Positions 17,545 through 28,963 of a stretch of 30,996 nt of DNA are shown here, piece by piece. This DNA is from Verrucomicrobiota bacterium (GTDB taxonomy: Bacteria; Verrucomicrobiota; Verrucomicrobiia; Limisphaerales; SXQI01), in the NCBI GenBank assembly GCA_033762115.1, contig JANRLX010000010.1, positions 1 through 30,996 on the forward strand, read 5' to 3'. The translations under genes were made by a program, and so were the position numbers. The notes beneath the pieces are model-generated. The model was not told the DNA's origin. It worked only from the letters and a program-made list of their open reading frames with translations, and did not search any database. The first letter of the stretch is position 1. Each line of letters starts with the position of its first letter.

Positions 17545-19713
17545 TTAATAAGGAAGCGGGAATTTAGCGGTCAATTCACGAACACGTTGGCGCACATTAT
17601 GTGCAGCGTCAAGATTTTTGATGTCCAGCAACACTTCGGAAATCATATCGGCAATTGCTGCCATTTCAGCCTCTTTCATTCCACGGGTGGTCACAGCAGG
17701 CGTTCCGATCCGGATGCCGCTCGCCTGAAATGGAGAGCGCGTTTCAAATGGAATGGTGTTTTTGTTCACTGTGATTCCTGCTTGATCCAGGACCAGTTGA
17801 CAATCCTTCCCACTGTTTCCCTTCGCACCAACATCCACCAACATCAGGTGATTTTCCGTCCCGCCACTCACCAGGCGGAAACCATTCCGCTTCATTCCCT
17901 CCGCCAAAGCTTTGGAGTTTAAAACAATCTGTTTCTGATACCGCTGGAAGGAAGGCTGCATCGCCTCAAGAAAACAAACCGCTTTTGCGGCAATCACATG
18001 CATCAATGGCCCACCCTGAATTCCTGGGAATGCCTGGGAATCGATCTCCTTAGCGTACTTCTCACGGCAAAGGATCAATCCGCCGCGCGGTCCGCGCAAT
18101 GTTTTATGCGTGGTCGTCGTGACAAAATCTGCATGCTGAATCGGACTGCTATGTTCGCCAGCCACCACCAAACCAGCAATGTGCGCAATATCCGCCAGCA
18201 GGTATGCGCCAACTTCCCGGGCAATCTCCCCCATCCGCGCAAAATCGATCATTCGCGGATAAGCGCTGGCTCCCACAGTAATCATCCTGGGCTTATGCTC
18301 TCGCGCCATTCGGGCAAGCTGATCGTAATCGATCTGCTCATCTTCCTTCCGAACTCCATAATGAACGATCTCGAAGAATTTGCCTGAAAAATTCGCTTTG
18401 TTTCCATGCGTCAAATGCCCGCCGTGGCTCAGGTCCATCGTCAGCATCTTGTCACCCGGTTTCAGCATCGAAAAATAAACCGCCATGTTCGCGCCACTTC
18501 CAGAATGCGGCTGCACATTGGCATGCTCCGCGCCAAAAAGCCGTTTCGCCCGGTCAATCGCAAGCTGTTCCACCACATCCACATGCTCACAACCCCCATA
18601 CCAGCGTTTGCCAGGGTAACCTTCGGCATACTTGTTGGTCAGCACTGACCCCTGCGCCTCCATCACTGCAGGACTTGTAAAATTCTCGCTGGCAATCAGT
18701 TCGATATTGTCCTGCTGCCGATGCTTCTCCAGCTGAATTGTGTGATGAATTTCCGGATCTACGACCCGTAATCGTAACGCCGGTGGAACTGAAGCGCTTT
18801 CCAGTTTATAAACACGCCTCTGATGCCGTCCCCCTTCAAAATGCCCTCCAACAAACGCTTCTACAATTCCCGGAAGATCCTGGCTGGCGATCACCTTTGC
18901 TCCAATGCAGAGGACATTCGCATTATTATGCTCACGGGAAAGCGCAGCCATCTCCTTGTTGAAAACCAGGGCAGCACGTATTCCCGGCACTTTGTTCGCG
19001 GCAATACTCATCCCGATTCCTGTCGCGCAAACAAGAATTCCAAGATGGCTGTGGTGATTGGCAACGTCATCGCAAACCGCCTGGGCAAAATCCGGGTAAT
19101 CCGTTGACTCCATTGAAGTTGTGCCAAGGTCTCGAACCTGCACTCCCTTTGATTTCAAATGATTTTTAACCGCCTGCTTGAGCTCATACCCGGCGTGGTC
19201 AGCCCCGATACTGATAATTGTCGAGGTGGTTGATTCCGGCCCGGTGGCAGGAAGTGAGGTTTGTTCAATAAATTTCAACATGGAGGCGATGCCTTGTTCA
19301 ATTTGGTCCCGGCAATTGACGTAAACTTCATACGACCCGCCAATCGGATCTGAGATATCTTTTTCAAAGATATCGAGCGTTTCGTCAAACTCTCTTAATA
19401 AAAATGTTTTTTCCGCCGCCTGGGGATAAAGCAGGGTCACCGCATCCACATGACCATGAGTCATTCCAAAAATGTAATCCGCCTGCTGGACCAGCTCCGC
19501 CGTGAGCATCCTGCTCCGTTGCCGGCCGATATCGATTTGAAGGTCTTTGCAGGCTTTGACTGCGTAAGGGCTCGGCGGTTGCCCATCAATCGCACCCACC
19601 CCAGCCGATACGATGCGGAAATCTCCCCTTCCTTTGACAGCATGCCGAAAAAGCCCTTCAGCCATCGGGCTTCGGCAAACATTCCCTGTGCAAACGAACA
19701 AAATCGTCTTCAT
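17545..19713 (-). CDS. glyA: Triple fusion: LMW protein tyrosine/arginine phosphatase + ribose-5-phosphate isomerase B + serine hydroxymethyltransferase
   Basis: Single frame. [15 protein letters not shown]...DISDPIGG (~19713-19265); [46 protein letters not shown] (~19220-18800); [48 protein letters not shown] (~18770-17545). Start placed at ATG 19713. Confidence 0.95.
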   Translation of the reverse strand: MKTILFVCTGNVCRSPMAEGLFRHAVKGRGDFRIVSAGVGAIDGQPPSPYAVKACKDLQIDIGRQRSRMLTAELVQQADYIFGMTHGHVDAVTLLYPQAAEKTFLLREFDETLDIFEKDISDPIGGSYEVYVNCRDQIEQGIASMLKFIEQTSLPATGPESTTSTIISIGADHAGYELKQAVKNHLKSKGVQVRDLGTTSMESTDYPDFAQAVCDDVANHHSHLGILVCATGIGMSIAANKVPGIRAALVFNKEMAALSREHNNANVLCIGAKVIASQDLPGIVEAFVGGHFEGGRHQRRVYKLESASVPPALRLRVVDPEIHHTIQLEKHRQQDNIELIASENFTSPAVMEAQGSVLTNKYAEGYPGKRWYGGCEHVDVVEQLAIDRAKRLFGAEHANVQPHSGSGANMAVYFSMLKPGDKMLTMDLSHGGHLTHGNKANFSGKFFEIVHYGVRKEDEQIDYDQLARMAREHKPRMITVGASAYPRMIDFARMGEIAREVGAYLLADIAHIAGLVVAGEHSSPIQHADFVTTTTHKTLRGPRGGLILCREKYAKEIDSQAFPGIQGGPLMHVIAAKAVCFLEAMQPSFQRYQKQIVLNSKALAEGMKRNGFRLVSGGTENHLMLVDVGAKGNSGKDCQLVLDQAGITVNKNTIPFETRSPFQASGIRIGTPAVTTRGMKEAEMAAIADMISEVLLDIKNLDAAHNVRQRVRELTAKFPLPY

Positions 19714-19768
19714 CCCTGCAATAAATTCTTCAAAGTGAGGCTCATAACCGGAATCGTCAACGTGGAAA

Positions 19769-20806
19769 TCAGTTCCCTTTGAATTGTTGGACAATACTGA
19801 CTCCCTTTAAAAAATCGAGCGCACGGACCAGCGCGGGATCGGTCATTCTCGGGGTGCTTATCTCTTCCGGCAACGGTTCCGCGTTTCCCTGCTCCCGACT
19901 TTGTCGATGCAACCGCACCAATTCAGCTTCGCTGGAAGGGCGCCTCATCCGGTTGGCCCCATTCCCGGACACATTTGTTCCCTTGAAATGGAAAAGCGCT
20001 CCCACTTCCGCATAAGGATCTTTCAAAACCTTCTCTTCCAATTCAATGGGTGTATCAATAGTTACATCAGGGACTACACCATCCTTCGGCAGCAGAGCGC
20101 CGCCAGGCAAACTCACAGGCGCTGATGGAATTTCAATTTTTTGCGAATTACTCAAGGTCAACTCCTGGTAAACGCGTGCTCCACCTTTTGTATTGGTTCC
20201 AATCAATAAAGCCACCTGCGCATGCCGAAGCGCCGCCGCAGCCGCTTCCGCCGCTCCCGCCGTTCGTGCATTCACCAGAACAGCAACCGGAATATCAATG
20301 ACTTCCGTTTTGCTGCTGGAAGTGATCGTCTTTTCTCCCACTGTCAGCACCGGTTGTTGGGTGGACACAAAGATATCCACCAATTCTGCCGCAGCTTCAT
20401 AATCTCTACCCGAACTATTCCTTAGATCAAGCACCAGTCCCTTGACCTGGTTGCTTGAAGCAATCCTTGCAAATTCCTCCCGGACAGCCAGTGCCAATCC
20501 AGGCTGCACCTGATCAATCCGTATATATCCAAATCGGTTTTCATACACCGCAGTTTTGGAAACAACTGTCGTTGTCAGAATGTTCGTTTGGGAAACCACC
20601 ATCCTCCCGTTGACCTCTTTCAAAAACCCGGCAATAGCCGCTTCTTCCAATTCCCCAGGTTCCATCCACGGCATGTTTGAGCGCACAAGGCTGAACACTT
20701 CCTGGAAGCGCACTTCCGTCTCTCCCCGCGCCGGAAAGGCATGCGCAAAAATCAACAGGCAGATGCTTGTTGCAAATAAAATCAAGCGGGACAATCGGTT
20801 TCTCAT
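19769..20806 (-). CDS. Exported S41-family (tail-specific protease-like) protein, PDZ-less and probably inactive
   Basis: Signal peptide, [48 protein letters not shown]. Start placed at ATG 20806. Confidence 0.8.
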   Translation of the reverse strand: MRNRLSRLILFATSICLLIFAHAFPARGETEVRFQEVFSLVRSNMPWMEPGELEEAAIAGFLKEVNGRMVVSQTNILTTTVVSKTAVYENRFGYIRIDQVQPGLALAVREEFARIASSNQVKGLVLDLRNSSGRDYEAAAELVDIFVSTQQPVLTVGEKTITSSSKTEVIDIPVAVLVNARTAGAAEAAAAALRHAQVALLIGTNTKGGARVYQELTLSNSQKIEIPSAPVSLPGGALLPKDGVVPDVTIDTPIELEEKVLKDPYAEVGALFHFKGTNVSGNGANRMRRPSSEAELVRLHRQSREQGNAEPLPEEISTPRMTDPALVRALDFLKGVSIVQQFKGN

Positions 20807-20850
20807 GATCTTGTTGGCAGTCCCCTGGGCCAGGGATGAATGGGAACCTA

Positions 20851-22140
20851 TCATCGCAACCCTTTGACAGCAATATCGGTCCGGTACTGCGCTCCTTCAA
20901 ACTGGATCCATTTTACCGCTTCATAGGCTCGGTTTCGGGCTTCAATCAAATCAGCTCCCAATGCCGTCACTCCCAGCACACGGCCGCCATTGGTGATTGT
21001 CAATGGACCAAAACTGCTCGTTCCTGCATGGAATATTTTTACATCCGGCAATCTCGATGCCTCCTCAAGACCGGAGATGATTTTTTCCTTCGAATAAGGC
21101 CCCGGATAGCCTCCTGACGCCATCACCACGCAAACAGCAGGGCGCGGGTCCCAACCAATCTCCTTCCCTTCCAGCTTTCCCTCGACACTGCACAACAGCA
21201 ATTCCAAAAGGTCACCTTTCAGCCTCATCAAATAAACCTGCGTTTCCGGGTCGCCAAATCGAGCGTTAAATTCCAGTACCTTCGGCCCTTCTTTCGTAAT
21301 CATCACCCCCGGATACAAGATGCCTTTATACGTGATTCCCTCGGCAGCGCAACCAGCCATGAACGGACGAAGGATTTGATCGCTGACTCTCGCCAGTTCC
21401 TGCTCTGAAAGAAATGGCGTGGGTGAATAGGTGCCCATCCCACCCGTGTTTAATCCTTCATCATTGTCCAGGGCCCGTTTATGGTCCTGCGAGGTTGGAA
21501 ATAATTGAGCGGTCCGCCCGTCGCATAATGCGTGCAACGAAATTTCCGTTCCCTCAAGTAATTCCTGGATCACAATCCGGGAACCCGCCTCCCCAAACGA
21601 TCTCTCAGCAAGGATCTGCCTGGCAGCCTTTTCCGCATCAGCTACGGTCGTGCAAATCAGGACGCCCTTGCCCAGCGCAAGTCCATCTGCCTTGACCGCG
21701 CATCGCCCTTCGAGGGAACGCACATATTCAAGGGCAGGCGGGAGGGTATCAAAGGTACCCGAACGCGCTGTCGGGATTCCATGCCGTTCCATGAATCCTT
21801 GAGAGAATACCTTGGATGATTCAAACTGGGCGGCTTGCTTGTTTGGACCCCAGATTTTCAACCCTGCATTTTCGAACAAATCCACGATCCCCAAAGCCAG
21901 TGGATTATCCGGTCCCACTACTGTCAGATCGATCTGGTTTTCCCTGGCAAATTCCAGCAAACCATTGAGGTTCTCGGCAGAGATGGGCACATTTTGCACC
22001 CTTTCCCTCCCCCGCAAGGTCTCCTGGCCTATCCCCGCATTCCCCGGCGCACACCAGATGCGAGTGGCCAGTGGCGACTGTGCCAGTTTCCAAACCAGCG
22101 CATGCTCCCTTCCACCCGAACCGATGACCAACAACTTCAT
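20851..22140 (-). CDS. purD: Phosphoribosylamine--glycine ligase
   Basis: MKLLVIGSGGREHAL, APGNAG, VVGPD.PL, VKADGLALGKGV, QDHKR, GLNTGGMG, EFNARFGDPETQ, TNGGRVL, YRTDI. Confidence 0.97.
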   Translation of the reverse strand: MKLLVIGSGGREHALVWKLAQSPLATRIWCAPGNAGIGQETLRGRERVQNVPISAENLNGLLEFARENQIDLTVVGPDNPLALGIVDLFENAGLKIWGPNKQAAQFESSKVFSQGFMERHGIPTARSGTFDTLPPALEYVRSLEGRCAVKADGLALGKGVLICTTVADAEKAARQILAERSFGEAGSRIVIQELLEGTEISLHALCDGRTAQLFPTSQDHKRALDNDEGLNTGGMGTYSPTPFLSEQELARVSDQILRPFMAGCAAEGITYKGILYPGVMITKEGPKVLEFNARFGDPETQVYLMRLKGDLLELLLCSVEGKLEGKEIGWDPRPAVCVVMASGGYPGPYSKEKIISGLEEASRLPDVKIFHAGTSSFGPLTITNGGRVLGVTALGADLIEARNRAYEAVKWIQFEGAQYRTDIAVKGLR

Positions 22141-22193
22141 GGGGGGCGAATTCAATCATGCCCCTGAATTTTTGAAACAACGAAATGAAGGAG

Positions 22194-22219
22194 AAAACAG
22201 GCGTGCTTCCGCCCCTGTT
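22194..22219 (-). terminator. Possible intrinsic terminator after the hybrid kinase
   Basis: Minus strand AACAGG...GC-GGAA-GC...CCTGTT followed by TTCT, a few nt after the stop codon. The stem is imperfect. Confidence 0.45.
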
Positions 22220-22223
22220 CGGT

Positions 22224-25200
22224 TTACGCAGCCCAGGCTGCGGCGCTTTCTTCAGCGTTGGCTTGTTTCGGATGGCCGTAACGGTTAATCGCAGCTTCCA
22301 GGTCCTGGATGCGCGTTGGCTTCGTCAGATAATCTGTCATGCCCGCCTCAAGGCATTTCTCACGATCACCCTGCATCGCATTGGCAGTCATCGCCACCAC
22401 ACAGGTGTTTTTGAATCGTGGATGTTGCCGAATCTTCCGCGTTGCCGCATAGCCATCCATCTCCGGCATGTGGCAATCCATGAACACAATATCATACCCG
22501 ATTCGATCAAGAGCTTCGAGCACTTCACGCCCGTTGGATACCGCATCTGCGGTGTAACCCAGCTTCTGTAATTGCCTCAGCGCCACTTTTTGGTTCACTA
22601 CATTATCTTCCGCCACCAAAATACGTATTTTCTGCCCGGTCGCTGCCTCCGTTTTATTAGGTTGAGGCTCCGGAGTCATGGAAACAATCTCCCGCTTCTG
22701 GTTGAGGACAGTAACCATGGCGTTGTAAAGCTCGGACTGGCGAAACGGCTTGTGCAGACATTGCGAAATTCCGCTCTCGCGCAATTCCTCCGGCGATAAC
22801 TGCGAGCCGAGGGATGTCAGCATGATCAAATGAACATTCGCCAGCAGAGGATCAGCTTTGATCTGCTTCGCGAGTGTGACTCCATCCATCTCCGGCATTT
22901 GATAGTCCAGCAATGCGATGCTGTAAGGATCATTTTGGCGTGCTGCATTGCGAAGGATGTCCAACCCCTCTGGTCCGGAGGCAACCGACCCGTTTCGCAT
23001 ACCCCACGAAATAATATAGTGATGAACAATTTTCCGGTTTGTTGCATTATCATCCACAATCAAGGCACGGATTCCATTCAACAAACCTGTGTCCAGTTGC
23101 GGTGTGGTCGTGGGCTGTTTTGCAAACCGCGCCGTAAAATGGAATACCGAACCCTCTCCTTCCCTGCTCCGCACACCCAGGGTCCCACCCATTTGTGCAA
23201 CAATCCTTGCGCTGATTGCCAGGCCCAAACCAGTCCCGCCAAATTTTCGTGTCGTGGAATTGTCAGCCTGGGTGAAAGGCTGGAACAAACGATTTTTCGC
23301 CTCTTCCGAAATTCCAATTCCCGTGTCGCTGATTTCAAACAGCATGACCACATCTGAATCACTCTCCTCTTCAAGCGACACCGATAGGGCCACCTCCCCA
23401 TGTTCAGTGAATTTGATCGCGTTTCCAATTAGGTTCAATAATACCTGCCGCAACCGTCCAGGGTCCCCTTGCAAGAGGCAGGGCAGCTGGTAAGGGACAA
23501 ACGCATTCAACTCCAGACCCTTGCCTGCAGCCCGGGACGCGAGCAAATCAATCGTCCCTTCGACAGAATCCCGAAGGTCAAAATCCAACGTTTCAAAGGT
23601 CAGTTTCCCCGCGTCGATCTTTGAAAAATCAAGAATGTCATTGATGATCGTCAGTAATGCTTCCGCGCTGTTGCGGATTGTTTCCGTGAAATCACGTTGT
23701 TCACTGGACAATGGCGTGTCCAGCAGGAGGTTGCTCATCCCAATGACCCCATTCATGGGTGTTCGAATCTCATGGCTCATGTTCGCCAGAAACTCTCCCT
23801 TGGCCTTGGTGCTTGCCTCCGCTGCTTCCTTGGCTGCTTGCAGCTCAACCAGCTGTCGCCGAATCTGCGCCGTCTGCTGCCGGACTCTCCTCCGTAGGAT
23901 ATGAACCCAGATCGAAACGAGCGCAATGATCGCCGCGAGAATTCCCATCGCCATCAAGGCCCGCGCCGCCGTAAATACAGGCGGACTTTTCAGCAGGACA
24001 ATGTCCGAGGCCTTGTTCAACAGCAACCGCATCGCAAACGGTTGCCCATACTCATCCGCTTGTATCAGTGAAACTCCCGTCAAATTGATTGTCGCCCCAA
24101 TCTGAAGAGCGGAAAAATCCTCCATCTTTGAATTGGGACAAATCGCCTCGAACCCCTGCGAAGCAGTTTGAATTCTCAGTTGAATCGAATCCCCGCTCTC
24201 CCTTTTTTCCACCAATACCCCATCGGTACTGACCAGGAGGGCATCCAGGCTGTTGTTCAACAAATCGTTTTCCGTCACGGTCCACGAATCCGGTTGCCTA
24301 CCCCTTCCGAGCTTGTGGATGACAGCTTCACGCAAAACCAGCCGCGAATTTTCCTGCCCAATAAAACCTGCCGCCTCCAGCAGGTCACCTCGCTGGATAT
24401 CAGCGTTCTCCCGGGTCAGGATGACCAATCCTTCAGCCCCATCCTGGATAACAATGAATCGCCCCGGAATTTGCGCCGTCACCGTTCCCGTCACTTTGAT
24501 TCGCCGGTTCAACACGGAAACGGTGCTGAATCTCCGTAAAGTGCTTAATGACCGGTACGGCACCGCAAATGGATCGGCAGGGGCATACTCCTCGATTTCA
24601 ACTGGCGCATCCGTTGGTATCCACAATTGAATTCCTGAAAGTTTTTCCTGTTCATTCAGGATGCTTCCGCACACGCCCGTCACCCGGACCACCGCGCCAA
24701 CATATTGCTTCCAACGCTCATCAGGTGCGGTCAGCCCTGAAAACTCCCCTCGTTTCGTCGTCAGGTTCACGCGCAATAACTCCCCTTCCGACTGAAGACC
24801 CCTCACATAACCCTGCATCTGGACCCATTGACTGTCTTCGATCCCGCTTAACGCATGCTCCAGGGAAACCAGCGGGGCTGGTGGAAGATCAACATATCCC
24901 AACAATCGTATTTGGGGGTGTTTCACTATTGGCGCGAATGAACCCACCGAGGCGATCCCGCTCAACTCAATCTCATTTCCCGGTTTTGGAGGGCTTTTGA
25001 TCAGTTCCGGCGTCAGTTCAACGCAGATACCTCCGCTGGAATCCTGCATGAAAAGAGTTCCAAATTCCGGACTCGACCATGTAACAATTCCTTGCAGCTT
25101 CACTCGCGGTTCCTTTTGCGCATCCTCCTGGCTTAGCGACCGGACCTCATCTGCGAGAGTCAGGACACTCCGTGGCACAATCAGTGAACCCCCCTGCATT

Positions 25201-26147
25201 GTCCGAAACAGCGCCCGACGCAGTGATAATTGCAGGCCATCAGAATTTGGAAAACCGATGATTTCCACCCCCTGTCCCACCGCCACCGGGGTCCCTTGCC
25301 AGGTGTAGGCGGTAAGCTGCCCTGTCTCATCCGTAATCGTCAGAGAGCGTCCTCCTCGCTGACTTTTCACGGTCCCGGTAACCCGGACGATCTGGTTCGT
25401 AGGAAATTTGGAAATATTCCGGATGGAAACTAAAGGCAACGAAAAACCAGGGTCCTCCTCAACTCGGTGCAATTCTTGAATGTGGTCCAAAGTCGCGACC
25501 CATATCTCATGACGACTTGGATGGCCTGCAGCATCCCGCGTACAGGAATAAACCCCCTTTACACGTAACGCTACTTCACCGAATTCCTTTATTTTCGTTC
25601 CCTCAGCCACCGGCAAAAACATTCCGAACTCCGCATCTGCCGTCCTCAAAGTGAAAAAATGATGTCGATCATCAATTTTGTGCCCTGCGCTCACATACCC
25701 TTTGATTTCGATGAACGCCCGTTCAGAAAGTTGGATTGCGGAAAGATTGGTCAGCACCGTTGCATCCTCCCAGGCATTGGTCGCGAGCACTTTGATCTCA
25801 CTCCTGCTCCAATCGATTTCCGGTTTTGCCGGAATAGTCAGCCCTTTGACTTCCACGAGGTCGCCGGATTTGAATGGCAAACCACCACCAGGTTTGATGA
25901 AGAAAGTATTCTGGTTCTGGTTTACCCAGAGCACGTTCCACTCCGGATCGTAATAATTGACAATGAATTTCGTTTCAATTGGATACGCCAGCGCCGGGTT
26001 ATCCTGCCGTTCATGCCACAATTCCTCCAATCGACGCACTGTCACCTGTTCCTGCGAAAATGAATTCTGCGGGAGCAGCAATAACATGAGCAGGAGCCAC
26101 GTCATTCCACACCATTTCGAGGCTGCCCAATGAAAAACTCTTTGCAC
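22224..26147 (-). CDS. Hybrid sensor histidine kinase: large extracytoplasmic repeat region, 1 TM, HisKA, HATPase, two receiver domains
   Basis: [38 protein letters not shown], two REC domains (IVDDNATN...[19 protein letters not shown]...[11 protein letters not shown]) and a signal peptide. Exact start uncertain (GTG 26147 or ATG 26105). Confidence 0.94.
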   Translation of the reverse strand: MQRVFHWAASKWCGMTWLLLMLLLLPQNSFSQEQVTVRRLEELWHERQDNPALAYPIETKFIVNYYDPEWNVLWVNQNQNTFFIKPGGGLPFKSGDLVEVKGLTIPAKPEIDWSRSEIKVLATNAWEDATVLTNLSAIQLSERAFIEIKGYVSAGHKIDDRHHFFTLRTADAEFGMFLPVAEGTKIKEFGEVALRVKGVYSCTRDAAGHPSRHEIWVATLDHIQELHRVEEDPGFSLPLVSIRNISKFPTNQIVRVTGTVKSQRGGRSLTITDETGQLTAYTWQGTPVAVGQGVEIIGFPNSDGLQLSLRRALFRTMQGGSLIVPRSVLTLADEVRSLSQEDAQKEPRVKLQGIVTWSSPEFGTLFMQDSSGGICVELTPELIKSPPKPGNEIELSGIASVGSFAPIVKHPQIRLLGYVDLPPAPLVSLEHALSGIEDSQWVQMQGYVRGLQSEGELLRVNLTTKRGEFSGLTAPDERWKQYVGAVVRVTGVCGSILNEQEKLSGIQLWIPTDAPVEIEEYAPADPFAVPYRSLSTLRRFSTVSVLNRRIKVTGTVTAQIPGRFIVIQDGAEGLVILTRENADIQRGDLLEAAGFIGQENSRLVLREAVIHKLGRGRQPDSWTVTENDLLNNSLDALLVSTDGVLVEKRESGDSIQLRIQTASQGFEAICPNSKMEDFSALQIGATINLTGVSLIQADEYGQPFAMRLLLNKASDIVLLKSPPVFTAARALMAMGILAAIIALVSIWVHILRRRVRQQTAQIRRQLVELQAAKEAAEASTKAKGEFLANMSHEIRTPMNGVIGMSNLLLDTPLSSEQRDFTETIRNSAEALLTIINDILDFSKIDAGKLTFETLDFDLRDSVEGTIDLLASRAAGKGLELNAFVPYQLPCLLQGDPGRLRQVLLNLIGNAIKFTEHGEVALSVSLEEESDSDVVMLFEISDTGIGISEEAKNRLFQPFTQADNSTTRKFGGTGLGLAISARIVAQMGGTLGVRSREGEGSVFHFTARFAKQPTTTPQLDTGLLNGIRALIVDDNATNRKIVHHYIISWGMRNGSVASGPEGLDILRNAARQNDPYSIALLDYQMPEMDGVTLAKQIKADPLLANVHLIMLTSLGSQLSPEELRESGISQCLHKPFRQSELYNAMVTVLNQKREIVSMTPEPQPNKTEAATGQKIRILVAEDNVVNQKVALRQLQKLGYTADAVSNGREVLEALDRIGYDIVFMDCHMPEMDGYAATRKIRQHPRFKNTCVVAMTANAMQGDREKCLEAGMTDYLTKPTRIQDLEAAINRYGHPKQANAEESAAAWAA

Positions 26148-26205
26148 GGATTAGTTACTTGTCAGTCCTCCTCTTATCGGATTTTTGCAACCGGACTTTA
26201 AACGC

Positions 26206-26235
26206 AAAAAACCTTCCGTTTTTCAACGGAAGGTT
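26206..26235 (-). terminator. Intrinsic terminator downstream of proS
   Basis: Minus strand perfect 11-bp stem AACCTTCCGTT-GAAA-AACGGAAGGTT continuing into a T tract, 20 nt after the proS stop. Confidence 0.9.
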
Positions 26236-26254
26236 GTTACAAAATCGAGACTTC

Positions 26255-27976
26255 TTAAGACCGTTTTCCCGCCGCGATCAACTCCAGCACCCTCGCTGCA
26301 ACCTCCTCTGGCTTCACCGCTTGCAATGTGCCGCCGCGCGGCTTCAATTCACACTCTCCCTTGGCCAGCGATTTTTCTCCAATCCCGATCCGCAACGGGA
26401 TTCCGATCAATTCGCTGTCCTTGAACTTCACCCCCGGCCTTTCATCCCGGTCATCCAGAATGACATCCACACCCCGCTCCATTAATTCCTGGTATAATTT
26501 CTCCGCCAGTTCCATCACCGGTGTCCCCTTGGCCACGTTCAATGGCGTAATGCAGACAGTGAACGGTGCCACAGCCATCGGCCACACAATGCCATCCTTA
26601 TCGTTCAACTGTTCAATGATCGCCTGCACCGTCCGGGTCACCCCGATCCCATAACAACCCATGATCGCAGGTTGTTGCTTTCCCGATTCATCGAGAAATA
26701 ACGCATCCAGCGCTTTGCTGTACTTGGTGCCCAGCTTGAAGACATGCCCCACCTCAATCGCCCGTTGAATTTTCAATGGCGCGCCGCAGACAGGGCACGG
26801 TTCACCCGCCGCCACCAGGCGGAAATCAGCCCACTTCTCCACCTTGATATCTCGTTCAATTGAAACATTTCTCAGGTGAAACCCATCTTCATTCGCGCCC
26901 GTGGTCATCCCTTCAGCCCCGCGCAACATTACATCTGCATATACCGCCAATTGGGTTACGCCCACCCCTCCAAGGCTTCCGGGATGTGCCCCCAGTGCCA
27001 GGAAAATCTCCTCTTCAGTTGCCGGGCGCAGGTTCACCGCACCAAGTTCCGCCGCAAGCTTCGTTTCGTTCAGCTGATGATCCCCTCGCAACAGCACAAG
27101 CACCACTTTGCTTTCCACCAGGTAAACCAGCGTTTTGATCTGCCGGTGGGCGGCAACTCCATACGGATCACGGCTCAACGCTTCAATGGTCACCACCCCC
27201 GGCGTTGCGAACTTTTCCAGCGCAGCCCCTGCTCCGCTCGATCCAGCCTCCATAGGCAACTTGCTCGTGGCTTTTTCCACATTCGCTGCGTAATCACCAC
27301 TTTCACAATAGGCAACTTCACTCTCCCCTGTCTCTGCCGGGATCATGAACTCATGCGAATGTTTCCCTCCGATCACTCCTGTATCAGCTTCCACTGCAAT
27401 GGCTTTGATTCCGCAACGTTGAAAAATCCGGGTGTAGGCCTGCCGCATTTTTTCATAACTCGCCTGTGCTCCTTCATCACTGCTGTCAAAGCTGTAGGCA
27501 TCCTTCATGAGAAACTCGCGGGCCCTCATCAAGCCAAACCGCGGACGGATCTCATCCCGGAACTTTGTTTGGATCTGGTAAAAATTTTTCGGCAGCTGCC
27601 GGTAGGAACTGATTTCACTCGCCACCAGCGTGGTGATCACCTCTTCATGTGTCGGGCCGAGGATCCATTCCTTGCGGGCACGGTCTTTGGCGCGAAAGAA
27701 AACATCCTGCGCTGCCTCATATCGCCCGCTTTTCTGCCAGATTTCTGGAGGTTGAAGCGCTGGCATCAAAACTTCCTGCGCTCCTGCCCGGTTCATTTCC
27801 TCACGAATGATATTCTCCACCTTCCGCAACACCCGCAGGCCAAGCGGGAGGAACGTATATAATCCTCCAGTAAGCTTCCGGATCAGTCCGGCACGCAACA
27901 ACAATTGATGAGACACAATCTCCGCATCGGAAGGCGTTTCCTTCAAAGTTGGAATAAGAAGTTGAGACCAGCGCAT
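26255..27976 (-). CDS. proS: Prolyl-tRNA synthetase (bacterial type with INS editing domain)
   Basis: LGPTHEE, YQIQTKFRDEIRPRFGLMRAREFLMKDAYSF, IEVGHVFKLGTKYS, MGCYGIGV.R, DDRDERPGVKFKD. Confidence 0.98.
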   Translation of the reverse strand: MRWSQLLIPTLKETPSDAEIVSHQLLLRAGLIRKLTGGLYTFLPLGLRVLRKVENIIREEMNRAGAQEVLMPALQPPEIWQKSGRYEAAQDVFFRAKDRARKEWILGPTHEEVITTLVASEISSYRQLPKNFYQIQTKFRDEIRPRFGLMRAREFLMKDAYSFDSSDEGAQASYEKMRQAYTRIFQRCGIKAIAVEADTGVIGGKHSHEFMIPAETGESEVAYCESGDYAANVEKATSKLPMEAGSSGAGAALEKFATPGVVTIEALSRDPYGVAAHRQIKTLVYLVESKVVLVLLRGDHQLNETKLAAELGAVNLRPATEEEIFLALGAHPGSLGGVGVTQLAVYADVMLRGAEGMTTGANEDGFHLRNVSIERDIKVEKWADFRLVAAGEPCPVCGAPLKIQRAIEVGHVFKLGTKYSKALDALFLDESGKQQPAIMGCYGIGVTRTVQAIIEQLNDKDGIVWPMAVAPFTVCITPLNVAKGTPVMELAEKLYQELMERGVDVILDDRDERPGVKFKDSELIGIPLRIGIGEKSLAKGECELKPRGGTLQAVKPEEVAARVLELIAAGKRS

Positions 27977-28041
27977 AAATTAAAAAAGGAAGAGTAGAGC
28001 AAGTCCGCCCAAAAGCCAGAACCGCTGAAATTAAAATGAAG

Positions 28042-28797
28042 TCACTTGACCGTGTTGACCAGCGGAGCCATCCCCTGGATCCGGACCTCCAGCCGGTCCC
28101 CCGATTGGATCGGGGCAACACCGCTCGGCGTACCCGTCAGGATCACATCCCCTGGCAACAACGTCATGTTTGTCGAAATAAAACTAACCAGGTGAAAACA
28201 ATTGAAGATCAACTGGCTCGTGTTTGAGTTCTGCCGCAACTGCCCATTCTGGAACAGCTGGATGGTCAAATCATGCGGATCAATCTTTGTTTCCACATAC
28301 GGCCCCAGCGGGGTAAACGTATCAAACGATTTCGCCCGTGCCCATTGGCTTTCTGAATTCTGGATCGTTCGATCACTGATATCCTGCGCTGCCGTATAGC
28401 CAAAAATATATCGGGCAGCCGCTGCCGGCGTCACATTCCGCACCCTTCTCCCGATCACAATCGCCAGCTCCGCCTCAAAATCTGTCTTGTGCGTCGGAAA
28501 CGGGATTTCAATCTTCCCCCCGTCCGCAAGCAACGAAGTTGTCGCTTTCAGCCAGAACAGCGGTTCCTTCGGCACTGGCTTCCCCGACTCCCGCGCGTGG
28601 TCCGCGTAATTCAATCCCACCGCGATGATTTTTGAAGGATGCACCGGAGTTAAGGTTTTAACCCCTTTTACAGGCATCGGTTTCTTTTCAAAGGAAGGAG
28701 ACCCAAAAACATCCCCCTGGAGGCGAAACATTTCGCCATCCACCACTTTTGCATAAAAGATTTCCTCACCCTTCTGGAATCGGCCAATCGCTGCCAT
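28042..28797 (-). CDS. Fumarylacetoacetate hydrolase family protein
   Basis: KIIAVGLNYADH, DFEAELAIVIG, GYTAAQDIS.R, W.RAKSFDTF.PLGP, TLLPGDVILTGTP.G. Confidence 0.93.
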   Translation of the reverse strand: MAAIGRFQKGEEIFYAKVVDGEMFRLQGDVFGSPSFEKKPMPVKGVKTLTPVHPSKIIAVGLNYADHARESGKPVPKEPLFWLKATTSLLADGGKIEIPFPTHKTDFEAELAIVIGRRVRNVTPAAAARYIFGYTAAQDISDRTIQNSESQWARAKSFDTFTPLGPYVETKIDPHDLTIQLFQNGQLRQNSNTSQLIFNCFHLVSFISTNMTLLPGDVILTGTPSGVAPIQSGDRLEVRIQGMAPLVNTVK

Positions 28798-28926
28798 AGA
28801 TGTGGGGCATCTTTTAGCAAAAAGGCCCTTTTCCTCGCAAGTTCAAAAGTAAACCATCATTTTCCACCCACAAACCAAACTGGTCAAGAGGGGGAATTCA
28901 TTTTTTCAATTTTGTTTCGCCTTCCT

Positions 28927-28955
28927 TTGACATATATCCGTCGCGGATATATTCT
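28927..28955 (+). promoter_or_regulatory. sigma70 promoter with overlapping palindromic operator for the padR operon
   Basis: TTGACA (28927-32)-17 nt-TATTCT (28950-55). Perfect inverted repeat ATATATCCG-tcg-CGGATATAT (28932-28952) spans the spacer. Confidence 0.85.
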
Positions 28956-28963
28956 CATCACAG

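Noticed and set aside
19714..19794. Extended N-terminus of the triple fusion
   Set aside because: Overlaps the S41-like gene end; [10 protein letters not shown] at 19713 is the typical LMW phosphatase start.
22141..22223. Purine, ZMP or glycine riboswitch upstream of purD
   Set aside because: Spacer is short and holds only a terminator-like hairpin; no aptamer consensus recognised.
26876..27862. 328-aa plus-strand ORF
   Set aside because: Antisense to proS; long shadow frames are expected from codon bias, and it has no domain-like motifs.
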